A stretch of 64,000 nt of DNA from the human T2T-CHM13v2.0 reference genome, Homo sapiens: assembly GCF_009914755.1 (NCBI RefSeq), contig NC_060929.1. One strand, given 5' to 3'. A program made the translations under genes and the position numbers. The notes beneath the pieces were generated by a model. The model was not told the DNA's origin. It worked only from the letters and a program-made list of their open reading frames with translations, and searched no databases. Each line of letters opens with the position of its first letter. Position 1 is the stretch's first letter. This document shows, in pieces, positions 1 to 64,000 of this stretch.

Positions 1-364
<364 letters not shown>

Positions 365-1367
365 TCACCAAGACCCCACCTCCATCAGGCCATCTGTAGC
401 CCGGGGACAAAATGCCCAGGAGAGCCTGGCCTAGGTTCTTGGCGGTACTTGGCTTGGCCATGTGCCGACGAGGGGCGCTCCCCTCCTCTGCTGAGGACGC
501 ACAACATTCACAGAAGTTTCCAGCTTTCCCCCCACCGAGAGCTGGAGGCAGACCGTGGCGAGCTTAGAAGCAGGACGTACAGGTCAGCCCCCTCCCTCTG
601 ACTATTTCCACTGCAGGTCCAGCGCGTGGTCCCCACCTTGGCCCTACCAGGTGCCTGACTGTGCTGAGCCCAAGACTTCCTCGAGACCTTCCTCATGACT
701 TCCCCAGGAGGGGCCTTGTCAGTTCCCAGAGAAGCAGGGGTCAGACCACGACCTGGAGACTGATCTGCTCACCTCCTGGAACCTCCGTCTAGTGGAGGCA
801 GTGCCGCCCTCTCCTTGCACCGCCAGCATGCACTCACCCTCCACTTTCGAACTAGGCAGTGTATTTGGGGGATAGATACACAGGTGAAACTATAAAGAAA
901 AGCAAGGGAACAATTGGCACAAAAGTCAGAATGGCCGTCGCCTCTTGGGCATAAGGATGAAATACACTTTCTAGGTCTTGTCCAGAGAAAAATGTTCTGG
1001 CTAGTTTGTAGTCTCCTAATCTTGGAAGTTGTATTGGTCATGGATTGATTAGTAGGACAGAAACTATTCTAGCCATTTCCCTGGGACTGACCCAGGGCCT
1101 GGAGGACAGAAGTCAGGAAAAGCCCCTGTGGCACCTGGTTGCTGCCAGCTCTCCAGAGTTGGGATTTTAGAGGAGCCACAGGCGACCTCTGTTCATGGTC
1201 ACCACTGCCTGGCATGCTGAGGTGGGTGCGTTTTGGGGAGCCCCTGAGGGCCACAGCAGAACCCCGTTTGCTGAAGCAACATTTCTATCTGCTTCTGCCA
1301 GAGATAAATACAAAATATGATTTCTGCCACTCAACTATCTTCCAAGTCTCCCATGAATGCCTCTCAC

Positions 1368-1649
1368 TGGTGGATAACCTAGAAATGTAGCTCCCAGCTT
1401 TCCAGCCCCTGTGATACAGGTGAGGGCATAGGACAGAATGGTGGATAACTGGAAATGTAGCTCCCAGGTTTCCAGCCCCTGTGATACAGGTGAGGGCATA
1501 GGACAGGATGGTGGATAACTGGAAATGTAGCTCCCAGGTTTCCAGCCCCTGTGATACAGGTGAGGGCATAGGACAGGATGGTGGATAACTGGAAATGTAG
1601 CTCCCAGGTTTCCAGCCCATGATACAGGTGAGGGCATAGGACAGGATGG
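1368..1649. repeat. Minisatellite, 70-bp unit, ~4 copies
   Basis: GTGGATAACTGGAAATGTAGCTCCCAGGTTTCCAGCCCCTGTGATACAGGTGAGGGCATAGGACAGGATG recurs at 1441, 1511 and 1581, with a first copy near 1370. Confidence 0.97.
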
Positions 1650-2130
1650 AAATTTGCTGAGTAGCCCATAGGTAATCCTGGACAGGGTTTATGAGATACT
1701 AGGGCTACACACACCCGTTGTCATGAAGACATCATTCAGGTTGTGTGTGACAGCACTTACGTAGGAAGCCTAAGTTCTGACTTCACAAAACTTCAGAACT
1801 CTCTGGCTTTCAATCTTTCCATCTGATTGTATTAATGAAACCAGGGACTATAATAGCCTTATTGGGAAAAAAATACAAATTTGAGAGTTTCACCCCTCTA
1901 TGCTGTCTACAGGTTCTGCCCAACCCCTTCCAGGTTCAGTGGCCCCTCTGCTGAGTCCCAAATCTCTTGGATTTGTTGTATCCTGGACAACAGCCCTCCT
2001 TTTCCTACTAGAAACCCATAGGTCTCAGGTGTGGACGAGGCCAATGTTACTAACAAACAGGGCTGCCCCTCCAAACACTGCCGAGCTCCTGCACAGTCCT
2101 CAAAATTCAAAGTACACAAAAAGAATGAGG

Positions 2131-2175
2131 TTAACAAAATGCAAACACACACAAAAAAACTGTATGTTCTTTATT
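2131..2175 (-). terminator. Polyadenylation signal AATAAA plus downstream GU/U-rich element
   Basis: + strand tttatt at 2170-2175; on the minus strand it is followed by a T-run and GTGTGTGTTTGCATTTTG. Confidence 0.85.
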
Positions 2176-3021
2176 GTCCTAAAATTGCATAGTACTTTTG
2201 ATTGTGCACGCTTTTAAATAGAGAGCAGAGTTGCCCACTTGAAACTACTCTCTTGCATGGGATATTTCAAGCTGTTTTACTATGGGCAAGGAGCAGGGAC
2301 CAAAATGCTGCCAGGGCTTAAAAAGAGCCGTGATCAGATTAAACAGAAGTTGGAGAAGTGGAGGGATGTGGGCCACACACGAGAAGAAAATGTTGAAGGA
2401 GGCTGAGATTTCAACTGGACTTATAGGAGGCATAGGTGGATGCAGGAGGGGCTCCACGGATGTCAGAGAACAGGATTCAGGAGCAGCCTAGAGAGGAAAG
2501 AAAAGGAGAAAGGAGTCCAGAGGGCCAATGCCTTGTGCTCACATCTGAGATGAATGCCACCTGCCAGGAGCAAGCCTGGACACAGAGCATGGGTAGCTAG
2601 GATGAACAGTTTGGCCGTTACCACGGCTACAGAAAGCCACATACTAGAAAAATAACTTAAAAGCTATACAGTCGTCATTATAAATATCTTGTCTTTTAAA
2701 ACTAACTCTAGTGTTGGTTATAAAAGGTTCACAGTTACTCTGAAGAGAGCTGTATCTCTATTGCACAGTAGTGGAGAAGTCTGCTCTGATCCCCATGTGT
2801 AAACAATGATTCCCTTCTCCTCTGGCGACTTCAGGACACAGAGAAACAGTATCTGCTGTAAGCAAAAGCACTTGGGTAGAAGGCACGTGGAAGCTGTCAA
2901 GCTCTACAGGAGCACGCAGAACATGTGGGATGTCCACTTCTCTTCCCATGTAGCATCCCTGCTGTTGGGACAGGTCTGGAATCAGATGAAAGGTGGTGAT
3001 GGTCTTGTCACGGTCTCAGCC
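2150..3021 (-). other. GFPT2: GFPT2 3' UTR (3' end approximate)
   Basis: Repeat-free stretch between the TGA and the AATAAA at 2170-2175. Confidence 0.8.
2728..2766 (-). promoter_or_regulatory. miRNA 8-mer seed sites: miR-27 (ACUGUGAA, 2728-2735) and miR-25/32/92 (GUGCAAUA, 2759-2766)
   Basis: Exact seed complements read on the minus strand of the 3' UTR. Confidence 0.55.
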
Positions 3022-54678
<51,657 letters not shown>

Positions 54679-54735
54679 CGTGGCTGCTTCTCGGGCTCCT
54701 TCGCGGCTCGAGGGGGTCTGCCCGTTCGGACGCTG

Positions 54736-54784
54736 GGGCTCCTCCGTGGGCTCCTCCGTGGGCTCCGTGGGCTCCGCGGGCTCC
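54736..54784 (-). repeat. Short 9/12-bp tandem repeat (GGAGCCCAC / GGAGGAGCCCAC) in the 5' UTR
   Basis: + strand gggctcctccgtgggctcctccgtgggctccgtgggctccgcgggctcc. Confidence 0.85.
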
Positions 54785-54809
54785 AGCTCCCGCCGCTCGG
54801 CCTCCAGCC

Positions 54810-54912
54810 CTTATAACCCGGAGCCCTCCGAGAGGGGCGGGGAAGGGGGCGGGGAAGGGGCGGGGCTTCCCCCGCCCGCCTGCTCCCATTGGCCCCCGGT
54901 TGTCGTGACAAC
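54810..54912 (-). promoter_or_regulatory. Core promoter: TATA (TATAAG, 54810-54815), tandem GC boxes (54834-54880), kB site GGGGCTTCCC (54862-54871), CCAAT (54888-54892), RFX-like X-box GTTGTCGTGACAAC (54899-54912)
   Basis: Motifs read directly; order and spacing fit a minus-strand TSS near 54785. Confidence 0.75.
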
Positions 54913-56763
54913 GACGGGACCCGGCCCCCAGGAGCCAGGGAGGGGGGCCGAGGGGCGGCTCCCAGGCGCGGGTCGGGCGTGTAAGGCTGGGGCGCCGGGC
55001 GCCAGATCCCGGAGCGGGGCTTAGGGCAACCAACGGCCCGAGTTCAGACCCCGACTCAACCAGAGTAGGCGTGGAAGCCGGGCAGGGCCCGATCGCGCTG
55101 TGCCTCCGCTTTCCCGTCTGTGAAACGGGGCTACCCAGGGAAGCTCCCTCCCACGGGGTGCTGAGAAGTCAGACGGGCCGCGTAAGGGGCAGAGCGAGGG
55201 GTCCGGCATCACTCGCGCGCTCCGGAAACCCGCGTGAGCCGCTGTTCCTGCCGCGCTCCCATCTGAGTGACAGGCTTGTTTCAGAGCTCCGCAGACCTCT
55301 AAGCCTGGCCCTCACCCTGCGTGGAGAGAACGCCCGGGCTTGGCGGAGAGACGAGAAAACCGAGGCTCCCGGAGGCAGACAAGGACTCTGCCAAAACCGG
55401 ACGCCGCGGCGGTGGCAGAATTCGACCCTGGGATTTGCCGCGGAGCCCGAGCTTGAAGGCGAGGGTTCCGCAGGTTGTGAACGAAGCTGGAGGCGCCCCA
55501 GGAAGCCCCGACCCCACCCGCGCCGAGCTGCCCCCTCCCCAGATCTGCCTCGCGCTGCAGGCCCGCGAGGGACCCGGGGGTTCCTACGCCTGGGGTCGGA
55601 ATCCGACCCCCCAGTGAGGCACCAAGGCCCGCGTTTCTCCGCCCTGGTTCCCGGCCGTCCCTCCCGTTCCCCCTGCACTCTGGGCCCCTCGTCTCCCGAG
55701 GAAGGTCACGAGAACCGGCCCAACGTTTGCGCACTTTGAAGTTTTTTTTTTTCTTAAAAAAATCCTGAAATTCTAAACGGATCCTCCTCAGTCGTGTAAA
55801 AAAAAAAAGATTTTTACATCTCGTCTAGAGCATTTTTCTAACATAATCCCTCCCTAGTTTCACCGCGACTCTGCAAGCCCTGGGGGAAGGAGGTTGTGCC
55901 ATTGGAGGGTTGGGAAAACTGAGGCTCCACGACAGCGAAGGAGGGGGCTTGGGTGAGTCCTGTTGTTGGGAAATCTCAGAGCGATTCAGGAGCCGCAGCG
56001 TTTGCCCCCAACCCTCCACTATGCAGGGTCGCTTTCCTTCCTTCCTTCTCTCATTCCTAAGAACCCACTTCACACCTGTCAGGGTGCAGGTGCAAGAGAC
56101 TTATTGATGAATGAGAACAGATCTGGCCCTGCCCTCCTGGCACTTACAAGTGAAGGGGAAGCAGACACTAAGCTCGTGGTTACACAGAGAGCTAAAAATT
56201 CCAGGTAGGATACAAGGAGGGGGCTGGGCCAGCGGTGGAGAGGGTGCCAGGCTCTGCCTGGGACTGGGCAGGGCTGCGCTGGTGCAGGTGGTCCAGAGCC
56301 TAGCGAAGCCAGGAAGGAGGGAGCAGCAGGCAGTGCAAAGGTCCCCTGGATGAGGGCTAGAACTTGAATGTGGAGATCAGGTTGTTTGGCCCAGACTGGC
56401 CTCCACTGTTGTAACTGAGGCGGGGACAGGGTGATGTCAACAGGCCCTCTGATAGCACCAAGACCCCAGGAGCCCTGGGGTCTTAGCAGGGTCCAAATCT
56501 GTCCTTTATCCTCCTGGAGGAGTCACAGGTCCACGGTGAGGAACGGCATGAGTGCACACTACCACCCATGGGGATGTGTCTGTAGCAGCTGCCGGCCTAG
56601 CATCACTCCTGCTTTGAGAACCCTCTGAGAGTCATCTGGGAGGTTGATGGCCTGGGCCTGGCCACACAGCCTGGGCAGTGGTTCAGAGGTCAGCATATGG
56701 CCCAGGCTGGGACGTTGATGACCTGCTCCAGCACATGAGGGAAACCAGCAGAAAAGATGAACT

Positions 56764-57340
<577 letters not shown>

Positions 57341-57765
57341 AAAAAAGATGGCTTATTCTCTCCTGAGTGGTGTGGCTGGTAGGAGAATGTCCTGATGATG
57401 CTGGGACCTTCTCATCACTTTTGCAGTGGGGTGGAGAGAGGCCACTGAAGAGCGGGGCAATCGGAGCAAGGCAGATGGATCTAGGATGGAGACGATACAC
57501 ATCAGAGCCCCTGGATTCGGCCAGGTCTGAAGCCAGGATTTATCCCTGGACTTCTCAGTATCAGGGCTCAATAAATTCTCATCTTTGCTTGAGGTACTCT
57601 GAAGTGACTTCTGTCATTTGCAACCAAGTAGAGTCCTGACTCTTGGATCGTGCTGGAACTAAAGTCTGAGGCCCAGGGGAGTGGGTAGGCAGGAAGCCGG
57701 TGGCAGCCCAGAAAGGAGACCTGGTCTGGATCAGGGGGCCCAGGAGGAGGGAAGATGCAGGGCCG

Positions 57766-57870
57766 TGCCCAGGAGCGTCTCTCAGCTGGACCCCATACAT
57801 GTGCTTACACGGGGAGCCATGCCCAGGTGCCTCTCTCAGCTGGACCCCATACCTGTGCTTACAGGGGAGC
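57766..57870. repeat. Two-copy 54-bp tandem duplication
   Basis: TCTCTCAGCTGGACCCCATAC(A/C)TGTGCTTACA repeated with period 54. Confidence 0.9.
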
Positions 57871-58865
57871 AGGGTGCTGAGTCTGCTCCTAATGGTCCCA
57901 GTGTCCACTGCCCATCCTGCTCTCCACCGCTGGCCCCAGCCACACTTTCCCGGAGTGCCTCCACCCTTCTGGCCAGCAAGTGAGCCAAAGACCTGGCTGC
58001 TTCACCTACACAGCTTTTGCAAGCACTTGATAGTTGGGAGATTTGCTCATTGATCTGGCTTCTCCCGAACAACCCAGAGATCTTTTCCCCTCCCCCAGGC
58101 TCTACCCCCAACACAAACTGCCCAGCTGGGTCCCATGGCTGTCCAGGTAGATGAGGACTACACCTGCCATCCCTTGGCCACAGGCCCTGTTCAGCTGCTT
58201 TTCCCTGTGACATTTCCACTACGGTCTGGGGAGGGTTATGTGGCCCATGGTAGGATGAAGGCCTCCTCCAACTCCTGTGGGATCCAGGCTGGACTTTCGC
58301 CAATTCTCATGCTGTCATCAGGGTCCTCTCTACCAGTTTCCACCAGCCCAGCTCTGCCTGAATCTGGCTGGGCTATGGCTGCAGGGTGACCTGGAGTGGT
58401 CACCTGTTCTTCCTGATCTCCCTTTGCCCTTCCAGATGTAGAAATGCCAGGCACATCTCACTGTGGCCTAGAGACACAGCCCAGGCCAGGGACCACAGGG
58501 CCTCCTGAACTTCAGCAGAGGGCCCAGGGGGCTGGGGGTGCAGGTCCCTGAGGCCTGCAGCTGGGAGTCCTGCACTGGATCACTCCGTGGCGTGGGGAGG
58601 GAGATCCTAGGGGAACCTCTGAGTGCTGCCCACAGTGGGCAGTGGGTGGGGTTCAGGGAGCCCAGGGGAGACATCACAGGTGTCATGACTCGGACAAAGT
58701 GTCCTGCCTCAGGGAGGCCGATCCTCAGCTCAAACTTAAGATGATGGGGCACCAGGGGTAGCAGGACTAAGGGCCAGACCTGGGCATGGGGCAGGAAGCC
58801 ACACCGCTCCACCCCCCGCCCCTCTTGAGAGGCTGGGATAGGGTGGATGGGGCATGAGCAGGTCA

Positions 58866-58898
<33 letters not shown>

Positions 58899-59324
58899 AA
58901 GAAAAATCCCTGGTTAGGAAAAATCTGAGAAAACTGATCTGGGGCCAGGATTCAAGGACAGCCAGAAGTGGAGAGCCAGGCAGGAAACCAAGGCAAGAAT
59001 CCTTGCAAGGAGTAAGAAGATCGTCTGGGGCCTGAGAAAGGGGCAGGGTCGCGTAGCTCAGGTTTTGTCCCCCAGATGGCTTCACCACCGGCCCCCACCA
59101 CCACCCCGGGGCTGAGGTGAGAGAGGGCCACACCCCATCCCTGTTATGAGGGCAGGCCAGGGTGCACAGTGGTCCTCTCTCTCAAGTTCCTGGGTGACAT
59201 GGTCCTATTTCACCACCTATCTCTCTCCTCCTTTGGAGGAGGTCTGCCACAAAGCTGAACTCATGCATTCTTTTATGATTGTAGGGTTTGTTTTTTTAAT
59301 AGGGCTACATATACATTTTATAAC

Positions 59325-59625
59325 TTTTTTCTTTCTGAGACAAAGTTTCACTTGGTTGCCCAGACTGGAGTGCAGCGGCAGGATCTCGGCTCACTGCAAC
59401 CTCTGCCTTCCCCATTCAAGCAATTCTCATGCCTCAGGCTCCTGAGTAGCTGGGATTACAGGTGCCTGCCACCATGCCCAGCTGATTTTTTTTGTATTTT
59501 AGTAGACACAGGGTTTCACCATGTTGCCCAGGCTGAGCTCAGGCAATCCACCCATCTTGGCCTCCCAAAGTGCTGGGATTACAGGCATGAGCCACCACGC
59601 AGTGCCTGAACCACTGCACCCGGCC
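59325..59625 (-). mobile_element. AluS
   Basis: Antisense Alu. Confidence 0.9.
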
Positions 59626-60078
59626 AATTTTTTTCTTACAGAAGAAATACATGTTCATTTTAGGAAACAGAGAATAAAAATATTTTTAAAGGGTTAATAA
59701 CTCATCTTTTTACCTACCACCAAATGTTATTCTCTGCATCTATAGTCAGTATTTAAACAACAATACAGTCATTCTGCAAACATTGTTTTGTAGCTGGAAT
59801 TTGACTTCTGGTTATAGAGAACTTCAAATTGTGCTGCAAAGCTGGGATCTGGCCCAGAGTCGTCAGCGCTGTCCCTGATGCACCTCTGTGCCACGGCATC
59901 CTGGAAAGCTTGGGCTTTCCACTCTGCTTGGCCAGGAAAGGGTGGGGGTTTGTGCGAGACAAGCACTAATCTGATATTGCACTAAGCATTGACTGAGAGA
60001 CGGCGCTGGTGGGAGGGCAGCAGGCTACCCCGTCGCCCTGTTCCTGTTAACTCTCTGGCAGAGACAAGGGAGCTGGGG

Positions 60079-60425
60079 CTGTGGGCTGAATGTTTGTGTC
60101 CCCCCAAATTTATATGTTGAAATCCTAGCCCCCAAGATGATGCTATTAGGATACAGGGCCTTTTGGGAGGTGACTCAGTCATGATGACTGAGGCCTCATG
60201 ACGGGGTTAGTGCCTTACCTGAGGGACCCCAGAGAGCTACCTTGGCCCCTTGCGATACAGTGAGAAAGCACCGTCCATGAACCAGGAAATGAGCCCTCAG
60301 GAGACAGCAAATCTGCTGGTGCCTTGATCTTGGACTTCCCAGCCTCCAGAACCGTTGAGCAATAACCTTGTTGTTTACAGGCCACCCAGTCTGTGGTGTC
60401 CTGTTGTGGCAGCCAAATGGACGGG
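60079..60425 (+). mobile_element. MLT1A/MST-like LTR
   Basis: TGTGGGCTGAATGTTTGTGTCCCCCCAAATTTATATGTTGAAATCCTA ... GATCTTGGACTTCCCAGCCTCCAGAAC. Confidence 0.75.
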
Positions 60426-60740
60426 GAAGATGCTGATGAAGGTAACGCCTGCCTTTCCTCACCTGTGTGGCCCTACCTATGCTCACCCCATGCCAATCAC
60501 TCAGTTATTTCAGGCAAAGCATCTTCTCAGGGACAAAAAGGCACATGCTGGGGTCCCTGCTGGAGCAGGCAGAGGCCTCACATCCACGGACCATGTGGGG
60601 AAGTAAAGTATGGCTGTTCATTTATTTTCCAAACGTCCTCGGCACTTACGTGTGCCTGCTCTGTGCTAGGCCAGGGGGTGTAGAGAGGAAACCAACCGTT
60701 TCCACCCTTGAAGAGCTTATAGCTCACAGTCTAACAGCAA

Positions 60741-60742
<2 letters not shown>

Positions 60743-60779
<37 letters not shown>
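60743..60779. repeat. (CA)n microsatellite
   Basis: Read directly. Confidence 0.95.
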
Positions 60780-60783
<4 letters not shown>

Positions 60784-60910
60784 ATAGGGAGTGGCATTCC
60801 AATTCTAACTGAATTTTATAAGTTGGAAGGCATTCAGCAGCAAATTGGGTGGGGAAGGGCACGCTGGGGTAAGGCCAGCTGAAGCAAAGGCCAGGTAAGA
60901 AAAGCAGGCC

Positions 60911-61275
<365 letters not shown>

Positions 61276-61392
61276 AGCAGGCCAGGCACAGAGAATGAGC
61301 AGTGCCAATCCTGCACACCTTGTCTAGAACCATACACCCACATAAGGTAAGGAAGGAAGGTGAGTGGGAGGGGAGGCAGTAGGGAGCGGTGG

Positions 61393-61867
61393 TGTGTCCA
61401 GAGCTGGTTCCTGCCGGTGGGTTCGTGGTCTCACTGACTTCAAGAATGGAGCCGCGGACCTTTGCGGTGAGTGTTACAGCTCTTAAAGATGGTAGCACCC
61501 AAAGGGTGAATGGTAGCAAGGTTTATTGTGAAGAGGGAAAGAACAAACACTCCACAGCCTGGTAGGCGACCCAAATGGGTTGCCACTGTGTGCTGGGGGT
61601 GGCCAGCTTTTATTGCCCTATTTGTCCCCACCCATGTTCCATTTTTGTCCTATCAGAATGCCCTTTTCTCAATCCTCCCCGGATTGGCTACTTTTAGAAT
61701 CCTGCTGATTGGTGCATTTTACAGAGCGCTGATTGGTGCGTTTTACAGAGCGCTGATTGGTGCGTTTTACAGCTCGCTCATCGGTGCATTTTATAAACCT
61801 CTTGTAAGACAGGAAAGTTCCGTAAGTCCCCACTGGACCCAGGAAGTCCCCCTGGATTCACCTCTCA
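61393..61867 (-). mobile_element. LTR12 (ERV9) solo LTR, short subtype
   Basis: Minus strand TGAGAGGTGAA ... GGACACA; perfect 4-bp TSD GTGG on both sides; 24-bp CCAAT repeats; AATAAAAG TATA-like box at 61608-61614; polyA signal at 61522-61527. Confidence 0.88.
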
Positions 61868-62400
61868 GTGGTCTTCCTGGTACCAAAAAAAAGGCAAGAG
61901 GCTGGTCACTGGGTGGAGACCGATGTGTGGCGAGGGCGCAGCGTGGAGGTGGGTAGGAAGCCTGTAAGGGCCTCTTTTGAATAACTCAAGGTAGGTGTTT
62001 CAAGTTGTGTTGATGTGCCCATTCTATAAATAGACCTTTCCTGAAAGGCCAGAGCCAAGTGCTCCTGGGAGCAGAGCTTTGCAGCCCGGCCCTGACGGAG
62101 GGCTGAGGACGACCCAGTGGCTCGGATGTGCTGAGGGGAGAGGGCGGCACTTGCGTTCACCTTGGGCCGTCTGCCCCATCAGAGCCTCTTCTGTTGTTCG
62201 GGACTTCTCCCTGTAGAACCCCAGGGGGAGCCAGCCCTGGAGCACTTGCCTGGGGCTTGAAGGCTGGGCCGTGACCCAGCAGAGTGGGATGACAGAGGTT
62301 TGTTAGGAAAAGAGTTTCACACTGTGGGCCACACGAGATCTCTTCTCTGTTGCATATTCTTCTTTGTGCGTTGTTTTTGTTTTTGATTTGTCTTTCATAG

Positions 62401-62810
<410 letters not shown>

Positions 62811-63922
62811 TGTGGGTCCTTTCTTTAATGGCAGTGCTCAACCCAGGCCTGGCCATGGAGTTCAACCCTCAGCAGAGGGTGTCTGCACTGGGCCGCTTGA
62901 GGGCTGTATGTGATGGACCTGTATACGGCTGCTGTTGGCAGGGGGTGAGGAGCTCACACAGTCAATGGGAAGCCCTGAGAACCTGGCTCAGGAAATCAGC
63001 AGGGTTCCAGGGCAGCCTGGTGTCCAGAGTCCTCCAGGACAGCAGCCTAGGAAGGGGGCTCTGGCTGGCTGCACAAGAGCTACTGTGGCCAGCAAAGGGC
63101 CGCGTCTGCATGCTTTCCCAGGAAGATGCACGTGTGCTCTGGGGTTACAGCAGCCCTGGCCAGGAGCCCTGGGGGAAGGAGCCCCGAGTATGAGGAACTC
63201 CAGGCTTCCCAGAGCACATGCCCCAGAGGGGCAGCTGTGATGCAGGCCAGAGAGCCTAGAATGGCCTGGCCCACTCACTCAAGCTACCATGGTGATTGTG
63301 GAGAGGTGGGCCCTGCCCTGGCAGGTTTGCCTTCTTCTGAGGGGCCTACTTTTGGCTCTCTTGACCTAAACTTTGCCTCTGTGCCAATGTTTACCCTGCA
63401 CCCCTGCAGATCCCCTCTCCACCCACTCCTCCTGCTCTGTGCCCTGTGAGTCTGGCTTCATCAGGGGGCCAGGGCCCTCTGGCTTCTGGTGGGCTTTGGC
63501 TAATGAACGACACCCAACAGGAGGTCCAGGAAGGGTGGGGAGTGAGGTCAGGATATTTGCCCTCCAGGAGGCAACTGAGTCTCTTCCATGGGCCTCAGGT
63601 TCTATGTGGTTTTCTCTCCCGCAGCTACACTCTCGGGGTCCAGCCCCTTCAGGTCTAGGAGTGGCCTTTCTCCAGCTGGGCACCCCCTTACACCTGCACA
63701 CTCCCATCAAGAAATGCTCCTCAATCACTGTGTCCAAGGCTGCAGCCTCGGGGCACCAGCTGTCTGTGTCTGTCCAGGACTGTCCTGGTTCTAACACTGA
63801 AATTCCCACGTCCCAGGGAACCCCTCAGTCCTGGACGAACCGGAACACTTGTCACTCTGGCTGCCGCCTGTTTCCTTGCATTCTTGTCTAGTAAGCTGAG
63901 AGTGAGAAAGGCCCAAGTTTGG

Positions 63923-64000
63923 GGCCAGGCGGGGTGGCTCACGCCTGTCATCCCAGCACTTTGGGAGGCCGAGGCGGGTGGATCATGAGGTCAGGAGTTC
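63923..64000 (+). mobile_element. Alu 5' end (truncated by the window edge)
   Basis: GGCCAGGCGGGGTGGCTCACGCCTGTCATCCCAGCACTTTGG. Confidence 0.93.

Noticed and set aside
1285-1714. Repetitive ORFs over the 70-bp array; CRISPR-like periodicity
   Set aside because: The whole unit repeats with no variable spacer, and 70 is not a multiple of 3, so the ORFs cycle through frames. This is a minisatellite artefact.
54679-54790. glmS-type ribozyme or uORF in the 5' UTR
   Set aside because: The UTR is a short GC-rich repeat with no resemblance to the bacterial glmS ribozyme core that I can see, and there is no upstream ATG between the predicted TSS and the start codon.
54874-54892. ER-stress element (CCAAT-N9-CCACG) at the promoter CCAAT box
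   Set aside because: The minus strand reads CCAAT-GGGAGCAGG-CGGGC, which lacks the CCACG half.

Overview
Human-type (primate, Alu-rich) genomic DNA containing the entire GFPT2 gene (glutamine:fructose-6-phosphate amidotransferase 2, GFAT2) on the minus strand. I assembled 19 coding exons by hand from splice sites: 2049 nt, 682 aa, from MCGIFAY... (ATG at 54678) to ...NLAKSVTVE* (stop 3022-3024). The gene has a CpG-island/TATA promoter near 54.8 kb and a polyA signal at 2170-2175. The rest is introns and flanks with ~40 Alus, a Charlie1 DNA transposon, MER21/THE1/MLT1/LTR12 LTRs and several tandem repeats. Nearly all supplied ORFs are spurious. I found no convincing wholly new gene system. The best leads are regulatory: (1) a GC-AG intron 10, whose spliced junction regenerates a GT donor (candidate recursive-splicing exon 11); (2) a candidate poison exon in intron 8; (3) a GC-shifted intragenic CpG island at exon 14, which has a pyrimidine-poor acceptor and is flanked by inverted AluYs; (4) a co-oriented upstream LTR12 promoter that could bypass the catalytic Cys in exon 1; (5) a 33-bp array carrying loxP-like half-sites. 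Repeat family names and endpoints were recognised by eye and are approximate.
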